Source of the DNA: a virus
Lineage: Duplodnaviria > Caudoviricetes
Length of the DNA: 64,000 bases
Virus record (IMG/VR): IMGVR_UViG_3300028581_000010
Strand: one strand, 5' to 3'
The position numbers were made by a program, and so were the translations under genes. Numbering within the stretch: the first letter of the stretch is position 1; every line of letters starts with the position of its first letter. The notes under the pieces were generated by a model. The model did no database searches and had not been told where the DNA came from. It saw only the letters and a list, made by a program, of their open reading frames with translations. Below are positions 35,724 through 44,378 of the stretch, piece by piece.

Positions 35724-35929
35724 GACCCATTAGTCATAATGCGATCGAGCCAGGTGTTTGTTTGAAGGCGCGCCAATGATAGAATGAGCTGTTGGTCAGC
35801 GGCATTCCTGGCAGCGAACTGTCTAAGTCTGTGGTTGATGAGTAGTCTCTTGCAGCCCTCTACGAGCCATAAGAAAAGACCCACGCATAGCCACAGTACG
35901 ATGGCCCAGAGGGCGAGTTGTGTCAACAT
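35615..35929 (-). CDS. single-TM membrane protein
   Basis: N-terminal LALWAIVLWLCVGLFLWLV. Confidence 0.65.
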   Translation of the reverse strand: MLTQLALWAIVLWLCVGLFLWLVEGCKRLLINHRLRQFAARNAADQQLILSLARLQTNTWLDRIMTNGSWQHYEIHRYFLPHSMTWSYTPAEGVVLEAKHKTIC

Positions 35930-36456
35930 ATCTTGGATATAGGCTTTACTTGATTTATACTGGCTGCGAGGTCGGGATGATAGATCACCCAGGCCTTGTT
36001 AATGGGAAACTGCAGCGCCGTAATATAGGCGGCAGATAGTGCTTCGTCGTTGTGATAGAGCACGTTGTTGTAGTACAACAACCACGAGTTATCCTTGGAC
36101 GTTAGCCGTGCATTTATGAGCACGAGATGATGCTGGGTGATTGTGTCTCTGGCCTTGAGTAGCCTTTCCTTCACCTTATCAGTGAGGCAGAGTATATGAA
36201 AGCCAGCTTTCTTCAATTCGCGAATCATGAACGACTCGCTCATGCCTCGCTTGAAATTGTTTCTCCAGCTTATGTCAGATGGAGGACGACCTGTCAGCTT
36301 CGACAGTATTGCTTCCCCGCAGCTACCCGTATCCATCGGGGTGTGTGACGCTAGCCACAACCCCGAGTGAGGGTAACCTTTGGGAAGTATGCGCTTTCTT
36401 CCATAGTAGCCGAGCAGGACAGAGTCCTGCACCGTTCCCTCACTCGAGGTTCTCAT
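35923..36456 (-). CDS. hypothetical protein (weak C39 peptidase-like Cys motif)
   Basis: TGSCGEAILSKLTG; catalytic His not evident. Confidence 0.6.
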   Translation of the reverse strand: MRTSSEGTVQDSVLLGYYGRKRILPKGYPHSGLWLASHTPMDTGSCGEAILSKLTGRPPSDISWRNNFKRGMSESFMIRELKKAGFHILCLTDKVKERLLKARDTITQHHLVLINARLTSKDNSWLLYYNNVLYHNDEALSAAYITALQFPINKAWVIYHPDLAASINQVKPISKIC

Positions 36457-36457
36457 G

Positions 36458-36631
36458 CTAGCGCAGGAGGTCGGCGATGGAGAGGCGCGAGGTGGGCGCC
36501 GTCTTGGCTGCCGGATTCTCGGCTTTCTTCGCCGGAGCTGCCTTTGCGGGCGCTGCCTTCTTGGCGGCTGGTTTCTTCACGGGCTTCTTGACAGCCTTGG
36601 GAGCTGCCTTCTTAGCGGTTGCTTTTGGCAT
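36458..36631 (-). CDS. 57-aa histone H1-like Lys/Ala/Pro-rich protein (not in ORF track)
   Basis: MPKATAKKAAPKAVKKPVKKPAAKKAAPAKAAPAKKAENPAAKTAPTSRLSIADLLR; A/C-rich leader. Confidence 0.85.
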   Translation of the reverse strand: MPKATAKKAAPKAVKKPVKKPAAKKAAPAKAAPAKKAENPAAKTAPTSRLSIADLLR

Positions 36632-36689
36632 TGTGTTTTTGTGTTGTGTTTATCTCATGCCTTGCTGTTGGATAAAATATCCCAAGGCA

Positions 36690-36736
36690 TAAAAAAGGCT
36701 GTTATTGCTAACAGCCTCTTCCAAGTTATTATACCA
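36690..36736 (-). promoter_or_regulatory. promoter immediately followed by terminator-like hairpin
   Basis: TGGTATAAT at 36728-36736 then AGGCTGTTAGCAATAACAGCCTTTTTTT. Confidence 0.7.
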
Positions 36737-36750
36737 ATAATTGATTGATA

Positions 36751-38262
36751 TTATGCGTAGAAATTAATCACTTCCTTGACGCCCTTGTCACCTATTACCA
36801 GACACGATTGACGCGCCATACAATTCAGTCCAGCCGCCTCGGCATGACCATCTCCAGACAATAATGTAGGAAACATGTAGTGCTCGAACTCAGCATACTC
36901 CTTCATCTCGTAGTGATGCTGATCTGCTGTGAGAAGTACCTTGGATGCCACACCAATCAGCTCCTCCGGATGAGACAGAAACAGATTACCTGCATAGCTC
37001 TCTCTCGCTTTACCGCTAGCTGGAAGTCTGCCCTTGTATTCAGCAGAGTATCCGTGAGATATAACGAACAGTGTGCTGTTAACCTTGAACAGACCGTGGT
37101 CACTCTCAAAGACGTCGAACGCAATATTCTTATCACCACGATAGTATGCTGCCAGCGCCTTGAAGAGAACGTAATCACCGAAGTCATTATGGTTACCCTT
37201 TACCGCTTTGACGCGCACCTTGGGAAACAGCTCGAGCAGAGTATCGATGAACTCCACGATAGCGTCGAACGCCTTGTTGAATTGCTCCTCCTTGATGCAT
37301 GCTGTGGTAAGAGGTGTTCCCTTTGTAGTGAACCCTCTACCAGACGAGTGGAGTATATCTCCCAACGAGGCAAGAATGCACTCGTCGAAGTTATGCACGC
37401 GCTCTTCTACCAGGTTATGAATCTCTTCGCCATATGCGCGCATTGCATTGACAAGGCTGTCAGTTGTCGTGCCCTTGCCTCTGAACGATAGCTTGGAGTT
37501 AGCGAAGGCTCCGATGTGTATATCGGATAGGCCGACCAGCAGTGAGCGACCAGTCTTCTTCGTGTGCTTAACAGCAGCACGATTAACTACTCTGCGTTTA
37601 GGTGGCTGCCATGTTTGAAGAAAGGATTGAAACGGGTTGAACACACCGTCCATCATATTGAACCATTTCTCTGCAGCCTTCTCTGTGTCTACCCAGCTGC
37701 GCTTCTGCACCTTCTGGTATAGCTGGAACTTCTTCTTCTCCAGAATGTCTTCTGCGAGTTCGTCTATGTCTCTCTCGATGAGCTCTTCTTTGCTGACGGG
37801 CTCGGAGTCATGCGTAATACCAAGAGCATCGCGAATCTCGTTGAAGTAGTTGCGAGGAATCTTGTAGTTGCGGCAGATGTCATTGACCGAGGCTGTGTCA
37901 CCATACCAGTCGGAGTAGTTCTCGATGATGCCACGAATGATGTGGCCTGGAATAACTACGTTGCCATTGGCTACCTTGAGATAGATGATGTACTTGTCAT
38001 CAGCCTTGTTGTAGACATACTTCTCTGTGAACTTAAGAGCAGCCTTCCACTCCATGTCGTTCTCTACCGCGGCTACAATCGGTGCTTCATCAGGAGCACC
38101 CAAGAACTCTTCTAACTCCTTGTCGCTGTTAATCTTATCTAGAGCACGTCCGACCTTGTCTGCCTTGGCCTTTGTATAACCCTTTGATACCAAATAACTT
38201 ACTACACCCTTCTTCTGCTGTCTTAGTTTCTTACACTTAACGTATATGTTTTCTTTGTCCAT
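36751..38262 (-). CDS. calcineurin-like metallophosphoesterase with N-terminal helical domain
   Basis: LSDIHIG, LGDILH, KGNHND, ISHG, ADQHH. Confidence 0.88.
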   Translation of the reverse strand: MDKENIYVKCKKLRQQKKGVVSYLVSKGYTKAKADKVGRALDKINSDKELEEFLGAPDEAPIVAAVENDMEWKAALKFTEKYVYNKADDKYIIYLKVANGNVVIPGHIIRGIIENYSDWYGDTASVNDICRNYKIPRNYFNEIRDALGITHDSEPVSKEELIERDIDELAEDILEKKKFQLYQKVQKRSWVDTEKAAEKWFNMMDGVFNPFQSFLQTWQPPKRRVVNRAAVKHTKKTGRSLLVGLSDIHIGAFANSKLSFRGKGTTTDSLVNAMRAYGEEIHNLVEERVHNFDECILASLGDILHSSGRGFTTKGTPLTTACIKEEQFNKAFDAIVEFIDTLLELFPKVRVKAVKGNHNDFGDYVLFKALAAYYRGDKNIAFDVFESDHGLFKVNSTLFVISHGYSAEYKGRLPASGKARESYAGNLFLSHPEELIGVASKVLLTADQHHYEMKEYAEFEHYMFPTLLSGDGHAEAAGLNCMARQSCLVIGDKGVKEVINFYA

Positions 38263-38299
38263 TTTTAAAAATCACAGACAAGTCGACCTCTGCTTATTT

Positions 38300-38662
38300 T
38301 TAGTAAATGGTTGGTATTGTGCTGGTTGCCCCACGTTTTATTACGCGTTTATTTCTGACTGCGTACCTTCCGCGTGACGTTTCCGGCACAACATGAACAA
38401 CCAAATTCTTTCGTCTTAGGTCTTTCCTGTTGTAATTTTCAAACCGTACCACACACGCAGAATCTGTCAAGCCCAATATCTCTCTTTGCAGGAAATGCAC
38501 GCGCCCATTTTCGTAGAAACCTGGATAGCCGCGGGACACCTCGTAAATTTTCTTCGACTTAAAGCGTTCAAAATCTTCAGGATCCACAAGCACCGATACG
38601 CGCCGCTTGTGCTTGCGCCCATCTGTGTACTTGTTCATAAATAATTTTGACGGAGCTGACAT
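38300..38662 (-). CDS. degenerate HNH-endonuclease-like protein
   Basis: VLVDPEDF...LQREILG...VRFENYNRKDLRRKNL; the expected VDHINxxxLDNRxxNL catalytic residues are replaced. Confidence 0.6.
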   Translation of the reverse strand: MSAPSKLFMNKYTDGRKHKRRVSVLVDPEDFERFKSKKIYEVSRGYPGFYENGRVHFLQREILGLTDSACVVRFENYNRKDLRRKNLVVHVVPETSRGRYAVRNKRVIKRGATSTIPTIY

Positions 38663-38663
38663 T

Positions 38664-39518
38664 TTAATAGATGAAATCCAGAATTAGAGTCAATTTGTTC
38701 TCCGGCAATCCCTGGTCGTTCACATCAACGTAGTCGATTGGCCAAGGCGCCTGCCCGAGCGCAGAATGTTTCCAGTAAATGCCGTCGACAGTGATCAGTA
38801 TATCAGAGCTGTCCAGAGAAATACCATTGCTGTCGATATATGCGTATGGGAGCTTGTCCGCATTCGGAGGCCACAGTGCGGCCAGTGTAGCATCCTGTGC
38901 AATATTGTATTTGAACTTGCAGCCTTGTGGGTCGGTGTTGATGCAGTTGAGCCAACCAGGTAGGCTCGTATTCTGCGCACCCACATAATGGTTGCTGGGA
39001 ATTGTAACAATGTCATTAGTACCACACGGGCGCGCAAACAATGGCAACCTATAATGCGCCGTGATGACAGATAACGTCTCTCTGACTGCTGTATCACCTG
39101 TTATGGTGTATATACCATCAACGGACAAGTCCTCCATGACGCTCACATCCAAGGCTAGCTTGTTAAGCTCATAGACTATTGAATTGAAGATAGCCTCTAG
39201 CACCTCTGGCGTACGGGCCACTAGCTCTACAAGGCTGTCTCTGAAGTATGATGTACCTGACGCAGGTGACTTCTCATTAAAATCCTGCAGTTGCGTAGGT
39301 GTACAGACCGCGGCAAACACGTCTATGAACTTACCTTTAGCAAAATCATGGATTCTTTGCTTGACAAAAACACTCTTTGATATAGATTGAGTCGATATGA
39401 CTTCCAGAACTAGCTTATACGAGCTTAAATCAGGAATCCATTTTGTGGATTTACGGAGAAGTTGTATACTTGGCATAACTAAGTTGATTATACTACAACA
39501 GACAGAGCAAACAAACAA
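38664..39518 (-). CDS. hypothetical (possibly virion structural) protein
   Basis: 284-aa ORF divergent from the structural operon. Confidence 0.7.
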   Translation of the reverse strand: MFVCSVCCSIINLVMPSIQLLRKSTKWIPDLSSYKLVLEVISTQSISKSVFVKQRIHDFAKGKFIDVFAAVCTPTQLQDFNEKSPASGTSYFRDSLVELVARTPEVLEAIFNSIVYELNKLALDVSVMEDLSVDGIYTITGDTAVRETLSVITAHYRLPLFARPCGTNDIVTIPSNHYVGAQNTSLPGWLNCINTDPQGCKFKYNIAQDATLAALWPPNADKLPYAYIDSNGISLDSSDILITVDGIYWKHSALGQAPWPIDYVDVNDQGLPENKLTLILDFIY

Positions 39519-39521
39519 AAT

Positions 39522-40127
39522 ATGGAATACCCAGTAATGAGAGGTGACCTAGTCGTGGGCGGAAAGAGTCCCGACGAGGCAGTATTTAGCGAGAGTGGTA
39601 GAAAGATAGCCGACGTAACGGGAGCTGTTGCAGGTACACCACAAGAATTAGCGAGCATTCAGCAGAGGCTCACGAGAATTTCCGCAACTGCGGGAGGCAA
39701 GGCGTTAGAAATAACACCACAGACAAAAGTAACACGTGCAAAAACACAAAAAACAGTGAAGAGACAAGCAAAAGCAGCAATAGTTAGCCCGTTCCACGAA
39801 GACATCGAGGCAGAAAACGAGCAAATAGCTAAATCCTCGCAGCAATATAGAGAGGTTGCCCCCCAAACACCACAAAAACTGACTGTACAGCTGGAAAATG
39901 ACTTCGGCAAGATGAAATTACGTGTCGTTGCGGTGTTAGAACAAGAGCTAGCCTTTGCTCTTGTGTTCGAAAATGAAGAAGATATGGTTTTTGAGCCAAA
40001 AGTTGGAGAATATTTGACATTTTACGACGAAAATAGACAAAAACACACCGTTTATTACCCCGGAGTGACCTTTGATTGGACAAATTCGCAAGAAAAGGTT
40101 ATGATATTGTTTCGGGTCAACGAATAA
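39522..40127 (+). CDS. hypothetical protein, first gene of structural operon
   Basis: 201-aa ORF with A/C-rich leader. Confidence 0.75.
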   Translation: MEYPVMRGDLVVGGKSPDEAVFSESGRKIADVTGAVAGTPQELASIQQRLTRISATAGGKALEITPQTKVTRAKTQKTVKRQAKAAIVSPFHEDIEAENEQIAKSSQQYREVAPQTPQKLTVQLENDFGKMKLRVVAVLEQELAFALVFENEEDMVFEPKVGEYLTFYDENRQKHTVYYPGVTFDWTNSQEKVMILFRVNE

Positions 40128-40131
40128 CACT

Positions 40132-40290
40132 ATGGAAAAGAACGCGATGCTTACATCTGAGTCACAAAGCGACTTCGACAACACAAAAAAGGCAGAATAC
40201 TACGACGAAGAGGGCTTCATGGTAGCGGACGAGGCTAACAAGGACAAACTTGCCAAGCCTGTACCTGTAACTAAGCTCTCGGAGGAATAA
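40132..40290 (+). CDS. 52-aa acidic protein (not in ORF track)
   Basis: MEKNAMLTSESQSDFDNTKKAEYYDEEG...; fills gap exactly. Confidence 0.55.
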   Translation: MEKNAMLTSESQSDFDNTKKAEYYDEEGFMVADEANKDKLAKPVPVTKLSEE

Positions 40291-40294
40291 TAAT

Positions 40295-42064
40295 ATGGCT
40301 TTAGATCCCAACGGTCCGGGCAACTTCTTCAATTTCGGGCAAAATGCTAAGGATAGGTACTCCAACCCGTTCTATAACATACCTTTACAGTATCTTCCTC
40401 AGAATATTGATGGAATGATGCTCTGGGCGGAGCACTTTTTGTTCCGCAATGGCTTCTACAAGCAAGCGCTGAACCGTATTGCTAACTATTTCATCACATC
40501 TCTCACTATTGAGTGCGATGATAGCGAGGCGAAGGAGAAATATACCAAGGCACTTGACCAGATAGGCTGGAAACATATTCTAGCCAAGGCTGGGCTCAAC
40601 GTATTGGCCTATGGTAACGAGTTTATCACTGTAAACCAGGGGTTTACACGCTATTTGACGTGCCCGGAGTGTGCTAGAGTGCACGCTATTGACAAACTGG
40701 ACGACTTTGAGTTCCAAAGTGGTAAGTATAAGATGACTTGCCAGCAATGCGGCTATCGTGGCAACCACAAGTGCGAGGATAAGTCCTCGAACGATATGGA
40801 GAAGGTCCATGTAGTGCACTGGCCAGCTAAAGAGATCAAGATTAGGCACGAGGACATGACCGGAGAGAGTGAATACTTCTGGGACATACCGCAGACCTAC
40901 ATCAAGAAGATTACAACGAAGAACAACAAGTTCTATAGCAAGAAAACACCACAGGTTGTGTTCGATTGCATCGAGAAGAAGCATATGTTGGCCTTCAACC
41001 CGAAGAACTTTCTGCATCTTACGCTCGACACACCTAATACTATTCGTACTGATGGTAAGGCAGTGCCTCCATGCATGTTCCTGTTCGAAGATTTGTTCAT
41101 GCTACAGACCTTGAAGCGCTACAATGAGGTAATATGCTTCGAAGACATTGCTCCTTTCCGTGTTATCTCTATGGCCAAGGAAGCCAACTCCGCGGCTAAC
41201 CCTATTCTACACCAGAATGGTGGCTTGTGGGCGGCTTCCGTAGACCAGATGATCGAAGAGCACCGCAGAGACCCAGGTTCTTATCATAAATTCCCATTTC
41301 CTGTTGAGTATCAACAGCTTGGTGGTGAGGGTACGAAGCTGGCGCCTGTAGAGCTTATGGAACGTCTGCAAAACAACATCTTAAATGCATTGGATATTCC
41401 GGTGGAGATGTTTCAGATGTCCTTTCAGCAACAAGCTGCTGGTCCTATGCTTCGTATGTTCGAGAATGCCTGGTCTGTCATTCCCGCTAACTATAACAAG
41501 CTACTCAACCACCTAGGTACGGTGATTGGTAAGATACTTGGCCTTGCTGAGGCACAGATATCTCTCATTCCTATTACATTCTCCGACGACATGGAGCGCA
41601 AGTCCGTTGTTGGCCAGCTTGTATCGGCTAATGCTATCGCAAGATCCGAACTGCTCAAGCTATACAACTTCGACTACGAAGATCAGGTGCGCAAAAAGAT
41701 GGAGGAAGATCGTGTTACTGCTGATGTGCAGAAAGAAGAGCAGGAGAAGGACATGATCGCCCAGCAGACAGATGCAGACATCTATAATCTACTCGGGCAG
41801 CAACAGGGTGGACAACAAGGGCAGGGTGGAGCTCCTATGACTCCGCAGGATGCTCTTGCACAGGCCCAGCAGATTGCACAGCAGCTGTTTCCGCTAGACG
41901 GAGCACAACGCAGACAGCAGCTGCAACAACTCAAAGCCCAGGATCAGGGATTGTACGCTCAGGTTAAGTCACAGCTCGACCAGATGACGTCGCAATCTAA
42001 ATCCCAAGGCGTACAGCAAGCCAAGCAGCAAGGGCAGCAAGGCGGACAACCTCCTCAACAGTAA
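40295..42064 (+). CDS. putative portal protein with zinc-ribbon insertion and Gln-rich tail
   Basis: 589 aa, helical, near head of structural operon; CPEC...CQQC insertion; C-terminal Gln runs. The portal call is positional inference. Confidence 0.5.
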   Translation: MALDPNGPGNFFNFGQNAKDRYSNPFYNIPLQYLPQNIDGMMLWAEHFLFRNGFYKQALNRIANYFITSLTIECDDSEAKEKYTKALDQIGWKHILAKAGLNVLAYGNEFITVNQGFTRYLTCPECARVHAIDKLDDFEFQSGKYKMTCQQCGYRGNHKCEDKSSNDMEKVHVVHWPAKEIKIRHEDMTGESEYFWDIPQTYIKKITTKNNKFYSKKTPQVVFDCIEKKHMLAFNPKNFLHLTLDTPNTIRTDGKAVPPCMFLFEDLFMLQTLKRYNEVICFEDIAPFRVISMAKEANSAANPILHQNGGLWAASVDQMIEEHRRDPGSYHKFPFPVEYQQLGGEGTKLAPVELMERLQNNILNALDIPVEMFQMSFQQQAAGPMLRMFENAWSVIPANYNKLLNHLGTVIGKILGLAEAQISLIPITFSDDMERKSVVGQLVSANAIARSELLKLYNFDYEDQVRKKMEEDRVTADVQKEEQEKDMIAQQTDADIYNLLGQQQGGQQGQGGAPMTPQDALAQAQQIAQQLFPLDGAQRRQQLQQLKAQDQGLYAQVKSQLDQMTSQSKSQGVQQAKQQGQQGGQPPQQ

Positions 42065-42375
42065 TGAGTAAAAAGCATCTATGTGTAGTTAGCGGTAAGG
42101 CTATTCCAAAGGAAAGAGTGGCAGCCCTGCGTATGCTGGGCACACCAGAGAACCAATGGACCTGTGTGGAGTATTCTCTCACAAAACCCAGGCAGGGTAT
42201 CTTCCTGGGTGAGTCGGGCACTAGTCAGCTATTGATGGTTGACCGTGTTTATGATGACTCTGTACGTGCTGTGTTCAAGGCGGCAAGTAATGAGACAGAC
42301 GCCGAGTATAAAGCCAAAGATATTGAGTATTATGCTGGCGAAGAGGACGATAAGGTAGAAGACCCTCTGAAGTAA
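42064..42375 (+). CDS. DksA/TraR C4-type zinc-finger-like protein (degenerate)
   Basis: CVVSGKAIPKERVAAL...TCVEY; only two of four Cys retained. Confidence 0.65.
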   Translation: MSKKHLCVVSGKAIPKERVAALRMLGTPENQWTCVEYSLTKPRQGIFLGESGTSQLLMVDRVYDDSVRAVFKAASNETDAEYKAKDIEYYAGEEDDKVEDPLK

Positions 42376-42395
42376 GAGACAGATTTGCTTGTTTT

Positions 42396-42445
42396 GGTTG
42401 TGTAACTGGGCTATTATTGGGTAGTTCAGTTACACAACCTTTTTT
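42396..42445 (+). terminator. strong intrinsic terminator
   Basis: GGTTGTGTAACTG...CAGTTACACAACC followed by TTTTT. Confidence 0.75.
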
Positions 42446-42453
42446 GTACCTAG

Positions 42454-43587
42454 ATGAATCACGATTTCACATATTCCCAGGAGATATCTGGGGTAACAGT
42501 CTTCAAGACAGTTACACTCACGCCCTCCTATTTTGTTAGCATAAACTCCTCGGGAGACCTCAGAGCACAGAGCGCAGCTGACTTTGCGTCCGCAGTTGGC
42601 ATGGTGACAACCTCTACCATGAATGCTGCGTTGACCCCCAAGGCGGCCACTACCTATGTAGATGCCCAGCTCGCTCTTAAGGCGGCCACCACGACGCTTA
42701 CAGCGCATACATCCAGCACCTCCAATCCACACTCTGTAACTAAAGCGCAGGTCGGCTTGAGTAACGTAGACAACACATCGGACGCCAACAAACCTATATC
42801 TATAGCCACGCTGGCCGCATTGAACAACAAGATAGCTACCAGCCATGTATTCACGATCAGTGAGATCAGCTCACTGCAGGACACACTGGACGATAAGGCC
42901 TCTCTGATTCACACGCACCCAATCTCAGGCATTACTGGTCTGCAGGCAGAGCTAGATGCAAAACAGGGTGCCGATGCACTTGCCGACCACGTAACTAATG
43001 TCAGCAACCCGCATGTGGTAACCAAGGCGCAGGTAGGCCTGAGCAACGTCAACAACACAAGTGACGCCAACAAGCCCATATCTACGGCCACACAGACAGC
43101 GCTAGATCTAAAAGCATCTATAAGCAGCGTATCAGCCTGGCTGGCAGACAAAGTTGATAGCGCTACATTCACTGCCCACACCAGCAACGTCAGTAATCCC
43201 CATAGTGTTACAAAGGCACAGGTTGGCCTAGGAAGCGTGGACAATACCAGCGATTTGGATAAGCCCATATCGAACGCTACACGTGCTGCTCTCAACAGTA
43301 TCTCTACATACGGACTGTTCGTAGACACCACCATTACAACTACGGGCACAACCGGAGATCAAACGATAAACAAGCCCTCCGGACGTGTTAACTTCGAGGC
43401 GGCCGCCACTAGCTTGGTGGTCACGAATGACAACGTGACAACAGAGAGCATAGTAATGATTAGTAAGGCCACGGATGACGCTACGGCACTACTTGGTGCG
43501 GTTGTTGTAGACGAAGGCTTCTTTACGATTTATATGGATACAGCTCCTTCTGTTGAATGCGCTGTTAACTTTCTAGTACTTAACTAA
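42454..43587 (+). CDS. tail fibre-like protein with three NPHxVTKAQVGLxNVDNTSDxxKP repeats
   Basis: Repeat is typical of phage fibre shafts. Confidence 0.85.
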   Translation: MNHDFTYSQEISGVTVFKTVTLTPSYFVSINSSGDLRAQSAADFASAVGMVTTSTMNAALTPKAATTYVDAQLALKAATTTLTAHTSSTSNPHSVTKAQVGLSNVDNTSDANKPISIATLAALNNKIATSHVFTISEISSLQDTLDDKASLIHTHPISGITGLQAELDAKQGADALADHVTNVSNPHVVTKAQVGLSNVNNTSDANKPISTATQTALDLKASISSVSAWLADKVDSATFTAHTSNVSNPHSVTKAQVGLGSVDNTSDLDKPISNATRAALNSISTYGLFVDTTITTTGTTGDQTINKPSGRVNFEAAATSLVVTNDNVTTESIVMISKATDDATALLGAVVVDEGFFTIYMDTAPSVECAVNFLVLN

Positions 43588-43588
43588 T

Positions 43589-44377
43589 ATGGCTGAGGAC
43601 ACAATCTTATCAAGACTTCCCGTAAAGGGTGCAACAAAGACAAGCGCCGGTGTAGCTGATGCTGGTAAGGTCCCGATGCTTGGGGCTACAGGCACACTCG
43701 ACCCATCAGTTATTCCACCCAGCGGTGTATTCTCGGTATTCACAGTAGCTGATGAAGCCGCGCGTGTAGCTCTTGTTGCAGAAGTTGGAGACATTGCCAA
43801 GCAAGCCGATAACCAGCGCTCTTATGTGCTGCAGACGTTACCAGCCAGTGTCGAAGGTAACTGGATACAGCTCACACCCGAGCTGATCAACCCTCCATAT
43901 AGTTACATAGCTGATAATGATTTGCTTGTGTCCGGTGGTAGTTATCTTGCAGACACAACGGCTGGAGCTATTAGCTGCACACTGCCAGCTACTCCACTTA
44001 TTGGAGATTGCATACAGATCATAGATCCATCCACTAGCTGGGGTACAAACTCACTCACAGTGGAGCGTAGTGGCAATCTAATCAGTGAGTTAGACGAAGA
44101 CCTTGTTGCAGATGTCTCGGCTTATATCACTCTTGTTTTTGTAGGTGGGTTGGTTGGATGGCGCTTGCTACCCAACGCAACATTCGAAAACTTCATACTT
44201 CCACAGGATATAAACCTAAAGTTGGCAAGTGCACCCGCCCATAACAACAGTGCTTTGTCAGTACCGTACGAGGCAGGCACACAGTATCTGGCATTCAGCA
44301 CTCCGTATATGTACTTTTATACGGGCGACGGCTCCACCCACAGCTGGCTCAAATTTCTAGGCTCAAACTCATTCTAA
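43589..44377 (+). CDS. tail/fibre-associated protein
   Basis: N-terminus resembles that of 22560-25535; GGSYLADTTAGAISCTLPATP...DCIQIID fibre-tip-like module. Confidence 0.75.
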   Translation: MAEDTILSRLPVKGATKTSAGVADAGKVPMLGATGTLDPSVIPPSGVFSVFTVADEAARVALVAEVGDIAKQADNQRSYVLQTLPASVEGNWIQLTPELINPPYSYIADNDLLVSGGSYLADTTAGAISCTLPATPLIGDCIQIIDPSTSWGTNSLTVERSGNLISELDEDLVADVSAYITLVFVGGLVGWRLLPNATFENFILPQDINLKLASAPAHNNSALSVPYEAGTQYLAFSTPYMYFYTGDGSTHSWLKFLGSNSF

Positions 44378-44378
44378 C

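Noticed and set aside
35923-36456. Active C39 peptidase
   Set aside because: The Cys motif is present but the expected catalytic His is not evident.
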